Part shown: positions 63,368 through 64,000 of the stretch, one piece after another
How positions within the stretch are numbered: the stretch's first letter is position 1
Layout: every line of letters starts with the position of its first letter
Origin: Candidatus Nomurabacteria bacterium
GTDB lineage: Bacteria; Patescibacteriota; Minisyncoccia; Phycocordibacterales; UBA5272
Direction: 5' to 3'
DNA: 64,000 bases
NCBI GenBank assembly: GCA_037130925.1
Contig: JBAXSC010000002.1
Span: forward strand, 89,185-153,184
The notes under the pieces: generated by a model
Seen by the model: only the letters and a program-made list of their open reading frames with translations
Databases searched by the model: none
Told to the model about the DNA's origin: nothing
Translations under genes and position numbers: made by a program

Positions 63368-64000
63368 ATGAAAAATAAAAAAGAAATTTTAGGTCAATTT
63401 TTTACCAAACAAGAAACTGTTAAAAAAGTTTTAGGCATACTTTTTGAATATGTTGATAATAGTAAAAAACTCTCAATCTTAGAACCGTCTTCTGGAACAG
63501 GAAATTTTATAAAAATCTTAAACGAATTAGGGTATAAAAATATAACTGGCTGTGAGATAGATCCTGAGTTAACAGATAAACCTGAAGATTTTTTTGATAT
63601 GGATTTAAATAAGAAATTCGATTTAATAGTTGGGAATCCTCCATTTACTAAATATAATCTAAAAGATAGTTATTATTATGCTTCTAAATATAAAAAATCA
63701 GAAATTTCACCAAATGAATATCTTAGTAAACAAGATATAAAAATAGATAAACATAAGATAGAAAATGTATTTATAAATAAATCTATAAAACACTTAAAAA
63801 GTGATAAGTCTTCAATAGGTTTTGTTTTACCTATATCTTTTTTTATTAAGAAGAAAAACCTAGAAACAAAAAAGAATATAGTAGAAAATTTTTCTTCTGT
63901 AATTATATATCAAGATGATAGTGTCTGGTTTGATAGAAATATACCTTGTTGTTTTGCTATTTTTACAAACAATAAAGATTTTGAAGGAAGAGTTGTTGTT
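63368..64000 (+). CDS. N6-adenine DNA methyltransferase, gamma-class (Eco57I/TaqI-like), truncated by window end
   Basis: Hand translation gives MKNKKEILGQFFTKQETVKK...ILEPSSGTGNF...LIVGNPPFTKY. Absent from the ORF track because it is open-ended. Confidence 0.8.
   Translation, partial: MKNKKEILGQFFTKQETVKKVLGILFEYVDNSKKLSILEPSSGTGNFIKILNELGYKNITGCEIDPELTDKPEDFFDMDLNKKFDLIVGNPPFTKYNLKDSYYYASKYKKSEISPNEYLSKQDIKIDKHKIENVFINKSIKHLKSDKSSIGFVLPISFFIKKKNLETKKNIVENFSSVIIYQDDSVWFDRNIPCCFAIFTNNKDFEGRVVV

Larger units (their letters stand above)
55033..64000. mobile_element. prophage- or satellite-like region (extent uncertain; continues past window end)
   Basis: A repressor divergent from an early operon, then ParB-methylase, small and large terminase, an LSR and two further DNA methylases. 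No capsid, portal or tail genes in the window. Confidence 0.45.

Noticed and set aside
1-64000. Window-wide searches by eye for CRISPR arrays, reverse transcriptase (YxDD) / DGR or retron components, rRNA genes, and alternative genetic code
   Set aside because: No regularly spaced direct repeats, no RT motifs in any listed ORF, and no rRNA-like segments were seen. Conserved genes are full-length under the standard code with TAA/TGA stops, so there is no sign of UGA reassignment.

Overview
The window is AT-rich (about 22-33% G+C in lines counted by eye). It uses the standard genetic code and has short intergenic spacers, and five of its six tRNA genes lack an encoded CCA. This fits a reduced-genome bacterium such as CPR/Patescibacteria, which is an inference, not a database result. 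Housekeeping blocks: rplS, an RluA-type pseudouridine synthase, dut, a GH3 NagZ-like enzyme, NAD kinase, ruvX, a Mur ligase, an ECF sigma plus MacAB-like efflux operon, glycosyltransferases, guaC, a SpoU methyltransferase, rpsT, a gmk-like gene, ruvA and mutM. These are interrupted by at least three accessory regions, each with a large serine recombinase (LSR). (1) About 1.5-7.0 kb: an element whose LSR gene ends inside tRNA-His. (2) About 29.1-39.2 kb: an element whose LSR gene ends inside tRNA-Ser. A 7-nt TGCGGAA repeat beside an orphaned terminator marks its probable far junction. (3) About 53-64 kb: a prophage- or satellite-like region with a LexA-like repressor, ParB-methylase, small and large terminase, a third LSR and extra DNA methylases. 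The most unusual content falls into three groups. (a) A tightly packed four-gene operon at 48.6-53.1 kb encodes a kinase-like protein, a vWA protein, a strongly divergent adenylosuccinate-synthetase-like enzyme and an unknown Met/Gly-rich protein. It lies downstream of, and on the same strand as, a Nudix-wHTH (NrtR-like) gene and a LexA-like/trypsin-like pair. (b) A structured non-coding element is present in both tRNA-integrated elements, with compensatory changes in its long helices. (c) Terminator-like hairpins with interleaved complementary segments lie upstream of two LSR genes. A GC-rich structured locus near LSR3 has a core sequence that recurs four times, including just before the LSR3 start codon. 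All family assignments rest on motifs recognised by eye; no searches were run.
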